DNA of 31,468 nt from Candidatus Scatomorpha intestinigallinarum. GTDB taxonomy: Bacteria; Bacillota; Clostridia; Oscillospirales; Oscillospiraceae. The notes under the pieces are model-generated. The model was not told the origin of the DNA, ran no database searches, and was given only the letters and a program-made list of their open reading frames with translations. Where the stretch lies: NCBI GenBank assembly GCA_018712225.1, contig DVHH01000106.1, positions 1 through 31,468 on the forward strand, given 5' to 3'. This document shows positions 1-7,792 of this stretch, piece after piece. Numbering within the stretch: the first letter of the stretch is position 1; every line of letters starts with the position of its first letter. The position numbers and the translations under genes were made by a program.

Positions 1-1
1 C

Positions 2-574
2 ACGACGGATGACCGCGGCGGCGGCATCATCTACTACGGCGGCACGAATGGCGAGGCCACCTTCCGCGGCACGGGCGGTTTCGGCATCCAGTTTTTTGCC
101 TCCGGTGCGCCGGAGACGGACGACCCGGAAAAGACCGCCCGCAGCATGGCGCGGGACTTGGGCATAGAACTCGTTGACGGCAAGGACGCCTGCACGATAG
201 TCGAGTCCGACGGCGACAACGTCGTGTTGGAGCTGGCCTGCGCCTCGGGTGGGGCGAGGATAATAAACTGCCGCGTGGAGTTCCGCTTCATGTACGGCAG
301 GCTGTATTCCGTCTCCGGCGTGAGGCCGCTGGACCTCGTCACCGCCGAGACTGAGACCAGCCTCATAGACGTGCCTACGGCGCTCATGCGCTTTCTCGGT
401 CTGACGCGTGAGAAGGGCCACATATGCAGCGAGCTGCGTGGCCTGGAGCTCTGCTATGCCTTTTCCGCCTCCGCCTCCGGCGAGGGCAGCCTGACCCCCA
501 CCTGGCTCATAGTGACGGACACCGGCGAGTTCTATATAAACGCCATAACCGGCAAAGAGGAAGTCATTGCCTGA
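2..574 (+). CDS. 5'-truncated ORF, probable YycI/WalI-like two-component regulatory protein (C-terminal part)
   Basis: The frame is open from base 2 (TTDDRGGGIIYYGG...) through the track ORF 146..574. The C-terminal LTPTWLIVTD..FYINAITG resembles the YycI C-terminus. It lies upstream of a yycJ-like gene and rlmH, as in wal clusters. The start is outside the window. Confidence 0.55.
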   Translation, partial: TTDDRGGGIIYYGGTNGEATFRGTGGFGIQFFASGAPETDDPEKTARSMARDLGIELVDGKDACTIVESDGDNVVLELACASGGARIINCRVEFRFMYGRLYSVSGVRPLDLVTAETETSLIDVPTALMRFLGLTREKGHICSELRGLELCYAFSASASGEGSLTPTWLIVTDTGEFYINAITGKEEVIA

Positions 575-579
575 GTGTC

Positions 580-608
580 TTGAATAAATGGAAGCAATGT
601 GTTAAAAT
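580..608 (+). promoter_or_regulatory. sigmaA-type promoter for murA
   Basis: TTGAAT (580-585), 17-bp spacer, TAAAAT (603-608), with a TGn extended -10, in an AT-rich patch. Confidence 0.75.
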
Positions 609-715
609 AATTTGTTAGTATGGCGCGACTGCGGACAAACTAGCTTTGCGGGCGCCCCATTCCCGCCCCGCTCAGGCGCGGGCTCCATTCTCCAGGGCTT
701 TGGAAGGTGAATGTA

Positions 716-2017
716 TTGGAAAAATATGTTATCAATGGCGGCAAGCCTCTCTACGGCGAGATAGACGTCAGCGGCGCGAAGAACGCCGCCGTCGCCATTA
801 TTCCCGCCGCGCTGATGGTCAACGGCGTGTGCCGGCTTGAGAACATCCCTCAGATAAGCGACGCGGACATGCTCATGACGATACTTGAGCACCTCGGCGC
901 GAAGATACGCATGGTGAACCGCAACACGGTGGAAATAGACTGCACCGACGTCCGGTACACCGACGCTCCCTATGACCTCATGCGCAGGATACGCGCATCC
1001 TATTACCTCATCGGCGCGATGCTGGGCCGCTTCGGCGCGGCCAAGACCACCATGCCCGGCGGCTGCAACTTTGGCGTACGTCCCATAGACCAGCATATAA
1101 AGGGCATGACCGCCCTGGGCGCGGATGTGGAGGTCACGGGGGGCTTTGTTTATGCCAAGGCGCTGGACGGCAAGCTCCACGGCACGCGCATATACCTTGA
1201 CAAGGTCTCTGTCGGCGCGACGATGAATATCATCCTGGCCGCCTCCATGGCCAGGGGGCGGACGGTCATCGAAAACGCCGCGAAGGAGCCGCACATCGTC
1301 GATCTGGCGAACTTCCTGAACTCCATGGGCGCCGACGTGCGCGGCGCCGGCACGGATTCCGTGAAGATAAACGGCACGGACAGCCTTCACGGAGGCACCT
1401 ATACGATAATCCCCGACCAGATAGAGGCAGGCACCTATATGGTCGCGGCAGCCGCCGCGGGCGGGGAGGTCAAGATAAACAACGTCATCCCGCGCCACCT
1501 GGAGTCGATTTCAGCAAAGCTGCGCGAGATGGGCGTGACCGTCATCGCGGGCGAGGACTGCGTCACGGTGAAGAGCACAGGCAGGCTGAGAAAGGTCAAC
1601 ATCAAGACCATGCCGTATCCCGGCTTCCCGACGGACATGCAGCCCCAGTTTGCCGCAGCGCTTTGCCTGGCAAACGGCGCCAGCGTAATAACAGAGGGCA
1701 TCTACGACAACCGCTTCAAATACCTCACCGAGCTGCGCAAGATGGGCGCGCAGGTGCAGGTTGACGGCAGGACGGCAATGATAGAGGGCGTGGAGAAGCT
1801 CTGCGGCGCGCCCGTAGCGGCCTGTGATTTGCGCGCGGGCGCAGCCATGGTAATAGCGGGGCTCTGCGCGGAAGGCACCACCGAGGTTGAGGACGTCCAC
1901 TATATCGAACGCGGATATGAGGACTTTGTCGGCAAGCTGCGCGGCCTGGGCGCGGATATCGCCCTTGTCTCCTGCCCGGACGAGCCTGAGCGGGTCAAGA
2001 GCATAAACGTCTGCTGA
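716..2017 (+). CDS. murA: UDP-N-acetylglucosamine 1-carboxyvinyltransferase
   Basis: SGAKNAA, the catalytic-loop PGGCNFG.RP (Cys present), KVSVGAT and PYPGFPTDMQ, DLRAGAA, IERGYE. The likely start is TTG716, 6 nt after the SD-like GGAAGGTG; the track uses GTG707. Confidence 0.97.
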   Translation: MEKYVINGGKPLYGEIDVSGAKNAAVAIIPAALMVNGVCRLENIPQISDADMLMTILEHLGAKIRMVNRNTVEIDCTDVRYTDAPYDLMRRIRASYYLIGAMLGRFGAAKTTMPGGCNFGVRPIDQHIKGMTALGADVEVTGGFVYAKALDGKLHGTRIYLDKVSVGATMNIILAASMARGRTVIENAAKEPHIVDLANFLNSMGADVRGAGTDSVKINGTDSLHGGTYTIIPDQIEAGTYMVAAAAAGGEVKINNVIPRHLESISAKLREMGVTVIAGEDCVTVKSTGRLRKVNIKTMPYPGFPTDMQPQFAAALCLANGASVITEGIYDNRFKYLTELRKMGAQVQVDGRTAMIEGVEKLCGAPVAACDLRAGAAMVIAGLCAEGTTEVEDVHYIERGYEDFVGKLRGLGADIALVSCPDEPERVKSINVC

Positions 2018-2799
2018 TGCGCGTTACCGTATTCGCCAGCGGCTCCACAGGCAACTGCGCGCTCGTGCAGGCCGGAGGGGAGCGGCTGCTTATAGACGCG
2101 GGCATTTCGCTCAGGCGCCTCGGCGGCTTTCTTGCCGCGGAGGGCCTGTCGCCGTCGGAGCTCTCCTGCGTCCTGGTGACGCATGAGCATGCCGACCACG
2201 TCTGCGGCCTCAGTATGCTCACAAAGAAGCACGGCACCCGCGTCATAGCGCCGCGCACCGTGGCCGCGCGCCTGCGCGGCATGCTGCCGGGCGTGGAGGA
2301 CTACATAGACATCATCCGCCCGGGGGAGCCGCTGCGCATAGGCGGCGCCGGCGTGCGGGCGTTCCACACGATGCACGATACGGACGAGAGCGTGGGCTAC
2401 CGCATAGACGCGGAGAGCAGCTTCGGGCTGTGTACGGATACGGGCCGCCTGACGGACGAGGCGCTGGAGGCCATGAGAGGCGTGAGCCTCGCCGTCATCG
2501 AGTCAAATTACGACGAGCGGATGCTCTGCGACGGGCCGTATCCCGTGTATCTCAAGCGCCGTATCCTCTCGGAGCGAGGGCACCTTTCGAACGAGGATGC
2601 CGGGCGCTTTGCAGTGAGCCTAGCGCGCGCCGGGGCGCGCGGCCTCATCCTGGGTCACCTGAGCCGGGAGAATAACCGCCCGGAGCTTGCGCTGGCCGCC
2701 GTTTCCGCCGCCCTGGCTGAGGCGGGGGAGGCCCCGGAGCTCATCGCGGCGCCGCCGCTCGGCGCTGTGCATATGGAGGCGCTCCGATGCCCGGCCTGA
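2017..2799 (+). CDS. yycJ: Metallo-beta-lactamase-fold hydrolase, YycJ/WalJ-like
   Basis: ASGSTGN, LLIDAG, HxHxDH (THEHADH), CTDTG, IESNYD, GHLSN, LGHLSRENN. TGATG overlap with murA, and followed by rlmH. Confidence 0.85.
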   Translation: MRVTVFASGSTGNCALVQAGGERLLIDAGISLRRLGGFLAAEGLSPSELSCVLVTHEHADHVCGLSMLTKKHGTRVIAPRTVAARLRGMLPGVEDYIDIIRPGEPLRIGGAGVRAFHTMHDTDESVGYRIDAESSFGLCTDTGRLTDEALEAMRGVSLAVIESNYDERMLCDGPYPVYLKRRILSERGHLSNEDAGRFAVSLARAGARGLILGHLSRENNRPELALAAVSAALAEAGEAPELIAAPPLGAVHMEALRCPA

Positions 2800-3254
2800 G
2801 CTTTATTTTTGTAGGCAAAATGCGCGAGCGGCACTATGCCGCAGCTTTTGAGGAATATTATAAGCGTCTCGGGGCCTTTGGGAAGCCCGAGCTGCGCGAA
2901 ATAGCTGAGGAGCGCCTGCCCGAGCAGCCTTCGGAGCGGGAGATAGCCCAGGCGCTCTCGCGCGAGGCGGCGGAGATAGAAAAGGCCGTCCCGAAGGGGG
3001 CCTATACCGTTGCGCTCTGCGTCGAGGGCAGGTCTCTTTCGAGCGAGGAGCTGGCGCGCGAGTTGGAGGGCAGGCCAAAGCTCTGCTTCATCGTCGGCGG
3101 CTCTTTCGGCCTGGACGAGCGCGTGAAAAAAGCCGCGGATATGCGGCTTTCAATGTCCCGCATGACCTTCCCGCACCATCTGGCGCGGGTGATGCTTGCG
3201 GAGCAGGTGTACAGGGCGTTCACCATCATAAACGGCGGACGCTACCACAAATGA
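2787..3254 (+). CDS. rlmH: 23S rRNA (pseudouridine1915-N3)-methyltransferase
   Basis: SPOUT motifs FIVGGSFGL, LSMSRMTFPHHLARVMLAEQVYRA and a terminal YHK. Confidence 0.96.
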   Translation: MPGLSFIFVGKMRERHYAAAFEEYYKRLGAFGKPELREIAEERLPEQPSEREIAQALSREAAEIEKAVPKGAYTVALCVEGRSLSSEELARELEGRPKLCFIVGGSFGLDERVKKAADMRLSMSRMTFPHHLARVMLAEQVYRAFTIINGGRYHK

Positions 3255-3268
3255 GGGGGAAGCGGCCT

Positions 3269-3589
3269 ATGGAAGGACAAAAGCTGGACTGGTCCCGGGA
3301 CCTGCCCGGGAAAATGGCAAAGAAATGGCCCCGCACCGAGGACGGCGACTATGTCGGCGCGGCGTATCTCACGAGCTGTTCTCAGCTCGACATGAGCGAC
3401 GCCATCATAACCGGCATGCTGGACTCCTTTGAAATACCCTATGTTAAGCGTTATCCGCATTACGGCGGCTTCGGCAACATGATGCTCGGCGTGAGCGCCG
3501 AGGGCGTGGATATTTTCGTGCCGGAGACCATGCTTGAGGATGCGAAGAACATACTTGAAGGAGAGTCAGAAGATGAAGAGGAGCTATAA
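3269..3589 (+). CDS. Small hypothetical protein, DUF2007-like (putative signal-transducing protein)
   Basis: GAGGGGG SD-like sequence before ATG3269. The pattern MLDSFEIPY...G.DIFVPE..LEDAKNIL matches my recollection of DUF2007. Confidence 0.6.
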   Translation: MEGQKLDWSRDLPGKMAKKWPRTEDGDYVGAAYLTSCSQLDMSDAIITGMLDSFEIPYVKRYPHYGGFGNMMLGVSAEGVDIFVPETMLEDAKNILEGESEDEEEL

Positions 3590-5306
3590 GGAAGAATACC
3601 AGTACTGGCTTGACAGCCCCGCCCTTGGCGAGGAGGAGTGGAAAGAGCTCTCCGCCATCGCCGAGGATGAGAAAGAGATAGAAAGCCGCTTTTTTGCTCC
3701 GCTGGAGTTCGGCACGGCGGGCCTGCGCGGCGTCATGGCAACGGGCCTTAACCGGATGAACATCCATGTCATCCGCTGGGCCACCCAGGCGTTCGCCGCG
3801 GTCATCAAGGCCGAGGGCGAAGAAGCCTGCAAGAAGGGCGTCGTCGTCTGCTACGACTGCCGCCTGAACAGTGAAAAATTCGCGCGCGAGGCCGCGGGCG
3901 TCATGGCCGCCAATGGCATCCGCGTCCGCATATTCGACGCCCTGCGCCCGACGCCGGAGCTCTCCTTTGCCGTCATGCACTACGGCGCGACGGCGGGCAT
4001 CAACATCACCGCCAGCCACAATCCCCGCGAGTACAACGGCTACAAGGTCTACTGGTCCGACGGCGCACAGCTCCCGCCGCAGCACGCAGCCGCCGTCGCC
4101 GCAGAGATGGGCAAGCTCGACATTTTCCACGATGTGAAGCTCATGAGTTTTGAGGAGGCCACGGCCTCCGGCCTCGTTGAGGTCATCGGCGCGGAGACGG
4201 ACGAGGCTTTCCTTGAGAACGTAATGGCCATGTCCATCAACAAGTCCGTGGTGGAAAAGGTCGCGGATGAGTTCAAGATCGTCTATACGCCATTCCATGG
4301 CGCGGGCTATAAGCTGGTCCCGGAGGCGCTGCGCCGCCTGGGCGTCAAGCACCTCTATCCGGAGCCGCAGCAGATGGTCATAGACGGCAACTTCCCCACA
4401 GTCGTGAGCCCGAACCCGGAGAACCCGGAGGGCTTCTATCTCGCCGTGGACCTCGCCAAGGAGGTCGGCAGCGACCTCATCATCGGCACGGACCCGGACT
4501 CTGACCGCGTCGGCACCATGGTCAGGGGCAAGGACGGGGAGTACCGCACCATCACCGGCAACCAGATGGGCGTCCTGCTGCTCGACTACATCATCACCGC
4601 CCGCCGCGAGGCCGGCACCCTGCCCGCCAACGCCGCCTTCCTCAAGACCATCGTCACCACCAACATGGGCCGCGAGATCGCGGAGAAGAACGGCGTCCAC
4701 GTGGACGAGACCTTTACCGGTTTCAAGTTCATGGCCGAAAAGCTGGCCGAGTACAAGCGCGAGGGCTCGTATGATTACATACTGGCCTACGAGGAGAGCT
4801 ACGGCTACATGATGGGCGACTATGTCCGCGACAAGGACGCCGTCACCGCCTCCATGATGATAGCCGAGATGGCCGCCTACTATTTCTCCAAGGGCATGAC
4901 CCTGGCAGACGCCCTGGAGGGCCTCTACGAGAAATACGGCTGGTTCATGGAGAAGACGCTGAACCTCGTCATGCCGGGCCTGGACGGCCTCGGCAAGATG
5001 AAGGAGCTCATGGCCTCCCTGCGCGCAAAGCCCCCGCGCGAGATAGGCGGCGCCTCCGTCCTCGGCATGAGGGACTATCAGAACGGCACCGTCTCCGTCG
5101 CGGAGCTGGGCGTCGTGGGCAAGACGCATATAGCGGGCTCCAACGTCCTGTATTTCGAGCTTGAGGACGGCACGGCGTTCATAGTCCGCCCCTCCGGCAC
5201 GGAGCCGAAAATCAAGGTCTATATCCTCACCCAGGGCGCAGACAGGGCCGAGTGCGAGGCCCGCGTCGCAAAATACACGGAATACGCGGAAGAACTCAGC
5301 AAATGA
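3573..5306 (+). CDS. pgm: Phosphoglucomutase/phosphomannomutase (alpha-D-phosphohexomutase)
   Basis: FGTAGLRG, phosphoserine loop ITASHNP, metal loop GTDPDSDR, YEESYG, RPSGTEPKIKVY. GAAGGAG SD-like sequence upstream of ATG3573. Confidence 0.95.
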   Translation: MKRSYKEEYQYWLDSPALGEEEWKELSAIAEDEKEIESRFFAPLEFGTAGLRGVMATGLNRMNIHVIRWATQAFAAVIKAEGEEACKKGVVVCYDCRLNSEKFAREAAGVMAANGIRVRIFDALRPTPELSFAVMHYGATAGINITASHNPREYNGYKVYWSDGAQLPPQHAAAVAAEMGKLDIFHDVKLMSFEEATASGLVEVIGAETDEAFLENVMAMSINKSVVEKVADEFKIVYTPFHGAGYKLVPEALRRLGVKHLYPEPQQMVIDGNFPTVVSPNPENPEGFYLAVDLAKEVGSDLIIGTDPDSDRVGTMVRGKDGEYRTITGNQMGVLLLDYIITARREAGTLPANAAFLKTIVTTNMGREIAEKNGVHVDETFTGFKFMAEKLAEYKREGSYDYILAYEESYGYMMGDYVRDKDAVTASMMIAEMAAYYFSKGMTLADALEGLYEKYGWFMEKTLNLVMPGLDGLGKMKELMASLRAKPPREIGGASVLGMRDYQNGTVSVAELGVVGKTHIAGSNVLYFELEDGTAFIVRPSGTEPKIKVYILTQGADRAECEARVAKYTEYAEELSK

Positions 5307-5860
5307 AAGAATACCTGAAAATCTTCTGGGCCTTCATGAAAGTGGGGGCCCTTACCTTTGGCGGGGGCTATGCCATGCTGCCCATCCTCCAGCGCGAGGT
5401 CGTCGAGCACAACGGCTGGGCGACAGAGGAGGAGATAATGGATTACTACGCCATGGGCCAGTGCCTGCCGGGCATCATCATGGTGAATACCTCGGTGTTT
5501 GTCGGTAGGCGGCATAAGGGCGTGGCCGGCGGCATCGTCGCGGGCCTGGGCAGCGCCTTCCCCTCGCTCGTCGTAATAACCGTCATCGCCATGTTCCTCA
5601 CCGCATTCGCGGAGTACCCCGTGGTGCAGAACGCCTTTGCGGGCGTGCGCGCCTGCGTCGTTGTGCTCATTATAAACGCCGTCGTGAAGCTCTGGAAGAG
5701 CGCCATGGTGGACTGGAAGTGCCTAGTCATCATCTTCCTGCCCGTCTTTCTGCTCTCCGCGCTCACAAGCGCCTCGCCCATACTCCTGGTCGTGGCCTCA
5801 GGTGTCGCGGGCGTGCTCATAAGCGTGCTTGCCGCACGTGGGAAGGGGGCGGCGAAATGA
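5303..5860 (+). CDS. Short-chain chromate transporter (CHR family), first subunit
   Basis: FMKVGALTFGGGYAMLP and AMGQCLPG motifs, hydrophobic. ATGA overlap with the pgm stop. Confidence 0.9.
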   Translation: MKEYLKIFWAFMKVGALTFGGGYAMLPILQREVVEHNGWATEEEIMDYYAMGQCLPGIIMVNTSVFVGRRHKGVAGGIVAGLGSAFPSLVVITVIAMFLTAFAEYPVVQNAFAGVRACVVVLIINAVVKLWKSAMVDWKCLVIIFLPVFLLSALTSASPILLVVASGVAGVLISVLAARGKGAAK

Positions 5861-6441
5861 AGCTGCTTCTGCTCTTCTGGGAGTTTTTCAAAATCGGCCT
5901 CTTCTCCGTCGGCGGCGGCATGGCCACCGTGCCCTTCCTGTACGACCTGGCGGAGAAAACCGGCTGGTATACGCAGGCCCAGATCCTGGACATGCTCGCT
6001 GTAAGCGAGTCCACACCCGGCCCCATAGGGATCAACATGGCCACCTACGTCGGATATGTCGTCGGCGGTATCCCCGGCGGCGTTCTGGCGACGCTGGGCG
6101 TCATACTGCCGGGACTGATCCTGGTGCTGGTAATCGCAATGTTCCTTGAGAAGTTCCGCGGCAACCGCATAGTGGAGGGCGCGTTCTACGGCCTGCGTCC
6201 GGCCTCAACGGCGCTCATCGCCGCCGCGGGCATCACCGTCGTGGAGGCCGCGCTGCTGAACACCGCGCTGTACGCACAGACCGGCTCGCTCCTGGATCTC
6301 TTCAGCTGGCCAGCCATCATCCTGGCCGCCGTACTCTGGCTGCTCACGAACGTCGTGAAACCGACTAAAAAACTGCATCCCGTGGTGTTTATTGCCGCCT
6401 CCGCCGTCGTGGGCATAGTGTTCTCACTTGGCGGGGCCTAA
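5857..6441 (+). CDS. Short-chain chromate transporter (CHR family), second subunit
   Basis: FFKIGLFSVGGG.A and AVSESTPGPIGINMATYVGY motifs. ATGA overlap with the upstream CHR gene. Confidence 0.9.
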   Translation: MKLLLLFWEFFKIGLFSVGGGMATVPFLYDLAEKTGWYTQAQILDMLAVSESTPGPIGINMATYVGYVVGGIPGGVLATLGVILPGLILVLVIAMFLEKFRGNRIVEGAFYGLRPASTALIAAAGITVVEAALLNTALYAQTGSLLDLFSWPAIILAAVLWLLTNVVKPTKKLHPVVFIAASAVVGIVFSLGGA

Positions 6442-7394
6442 AGGGCCGCAGAGGCCAGAATATAGGCGAAAACACAGGAAAATACCGCGCTGAGACACCG
6501 CCCGGCAAAGTGCCGGGCGGTTTTCATGTCCCCGGCGACGGCGGAGGTCTGCAGGTGGACCGAGAGCCCGCCCCAGCCGACGATGGCCGCGCAGACAGCG
6601 AGGTTGGCCGGCGTCGCCGCGAGACCGCGCATCGCGCCCACGCCGCCGCCCAGCTCAAAAAAGCCTGTGAGCAGCGCGCGGCAGGCGGATACCTCCAGAC
6701 CCGTGAGCCGCGAGAGGTCGAGGGCCAGCGCGGGCAGCAGCCCGACGGCCGTGAGCACGCCCGTGACGACGCCAAAAGCGACGACAAAGCCGCAGACGTT
6801 CAGCATGTTCCTCACTGCTGCGAGAACTGCGGCAGGCAGCGCCCCGGAGCGCGGCGGCAGGGGGGAGGGACGCTCAAAGCCGCTCCCGCGCCGCCCGCAG
6901 GAGAGCAGAAAACCCGCCGTTAACGCCGCTAAAACGTGGGAAATATAGAGCAAAATGCCCGCCTTTGAGCTTCCGAAGACCCCCGCGCCCGCCGCGCCGA
7001 GCAGGAAGGCGGGGCCGGAATTGTTGCAGAAGCCGAGCAGCCGTTCACCCTCCTCGCGCTTTATCTCCCCGCGCTGTACCAACCCGGCGGCGGAGGCCGC
7101 GCCGAGGGGATAACCCGCCATGAGCCCCAGTATGAGCGCCGCGCAGCCCGGTCCGGAGACGCCGAAGAGCCTGTGCATCCCCGGCGCAGCGAGCCTTCCC
7201 AGCCGTGAAGGCAGACCCAGCTCCTGAATAAGCCCCGAGAGCACGAAAAAGGGGAAGAGCGAGGGTATGAGCACCTCCCCGCACAGCTGCAGCGAGGCGC
7301 GCGCTGCCTCCATGGCCTCCGCTGAACAGGCGATGAGCGCGAACCCCGCTGCCACCGCCGCCGCTGCATAGAGCGCAAAGGCGCCTCTTTTCAT
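6438..7394 (-). CDS. ylbJ: Sporulation integral membrane protein, YlbJ-like
   Basis: IPSLFPFF, GLMAGYPLGA, FCNNSGPAF, GFFELGGG and GWGGLSVHLQ motifs, hydrophobic. GGGGGTG SD-like sequence. Confidence 0.85.
   Translation of the reverse strand: MKRGAFALYAAAAVAAGFALIACSAEAMEAARASLQLCGEVLIPSLFPFFVLSGLIQELGLPSRLGRLAAPGMHRLFGVSGPGCAALILGLMAGYPLGAASAAGLVQRGEIKREEGERLLGFCNNSGPAFLLGAAGAGVFGSSKAGILLYISHVLAALTAGFLLSCGRRGSGFERPSPLPPRSGALPAAVLAAVRNMLNVCGFVVAFGVVTGVLTAVGLLPALALDLSRLTGLEVSACRALLTGFFELGGGVGAMRGLAATPANLAVCAAIVGWGGLSVHLQTSAVAGDMKTARHFAGRCLSAVFSCVFAYILASAAL
6497..6524 (+). terminator. Intrinsic terminator for the + strand operon, located inside the ylbJ CDS
   Basis: Perfect 11-bp stem ACCGCCCGGCA (6497-6507) / TGCCGGGCGGT (6511-6521), 3-nt loop, running into TTTT. 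Confidence 0.65.
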
Positions 7395-7413
7395 GAAAAC
7401 ACCCCCTTACGCC

Positions 7414-7442
7414 AATTAATGAGCCCAAGCCCTGCAATAGAA
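7414..7442 (-). promoter_or_regulatory. Possible sigmaE-type promoter for ylbJ
   Basis: On the - strand, TTCTATT-N14-CATTAATT. The spacing is correct, but the match to the B. subtilis sigmaE consensus (TCATATT-N14-CATACAAT) is only partial. Confidence 0.4.
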
Positions 7443-7466
7443 CCGCCGCGTTTTTGTGCGGCGCGG

Positions 7467-7495
7467 TCATCTTGGGCGGGACGTGGCCGTATAAT
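7467..7495 (+). promoter_or_regulatory. Probable sigmaE-type promoter for yqfC-yqfD
   Basis: TCATCTT (7467-7473)-N14-CGTATAAT (7488-7495), close to the sigmaE consensus. yqfCD is sigmaE-dependent in B. subtilis. Confidence 0.6.
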
Positions 7496-7516
7496 TCTCC
7501 GATAGGGGGTGGCGGC

Positions 7517-7792
7517 ATGCTCACAAGGAAAGGGGCCGAGCTGAGGGAGAATATTGCGGACCGGCTCGACCTGCCCGCGGAGGCGGCGGGGCTACTGAAA
7601 CTCACCGTCATGGGCCGGGGCCGCGCGCTCATAGAGCAGCACCGCGGCCTTGCGGGATATACGCACGAGCGCATCGAGGTCCTGGGCGGCAGGACCCGGC
7701 TAATCATAAACGGCGAGGCGCTGGAGCTGGCCGCCATGGACAGGGAGGCCCTGCTGGTCACGGGGCGGATACTCTCGGTGGAGTTCGAATGA
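7517..7792 (+). CDS. yqfC: YabP/YqfC-family sporulation protein
   Basis: LDLP..., G...LIEQHRGL..Y, ING..L....M..E.L.VTG.I..VEF. Directly upstream of yqfD with an ATGA overlap. GGGGGTG SD-like sequence. Confidence 0.85.
   Translation: MLTRKGAELRENIADRLDLPAEAAGLLKLTVMGRGRALIEQHRGLAGYTHERIEVLGGRTRLIINGEALELAAMDREALLVTGRILSVEFE

Noticed and set aside
600-618. TGTTAA-N7-TGTTAG over the murA -10, as a possible WalR box
   Set aside because: The WalR consensus needs a 5-nt spacer between TGTWAH half-sites; here it is 7 and the second half-site deviates.
3444-5129. 561-aa antisense ORF opposite pgm
   Set aside because: Typical antisense open frame caused by codon bias (His/Gly/Val-rich, no family motifs).
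7454-7516. Upstream start extensions given by the ORF track (7454, 5252, 5719, 3534, 17467, 17847, 18671)
   Set aside because: Downstream starts have better SD spacing or stop-start overlaps and give the canonical N-termini, for example HPr His15/Ser46 numbering.
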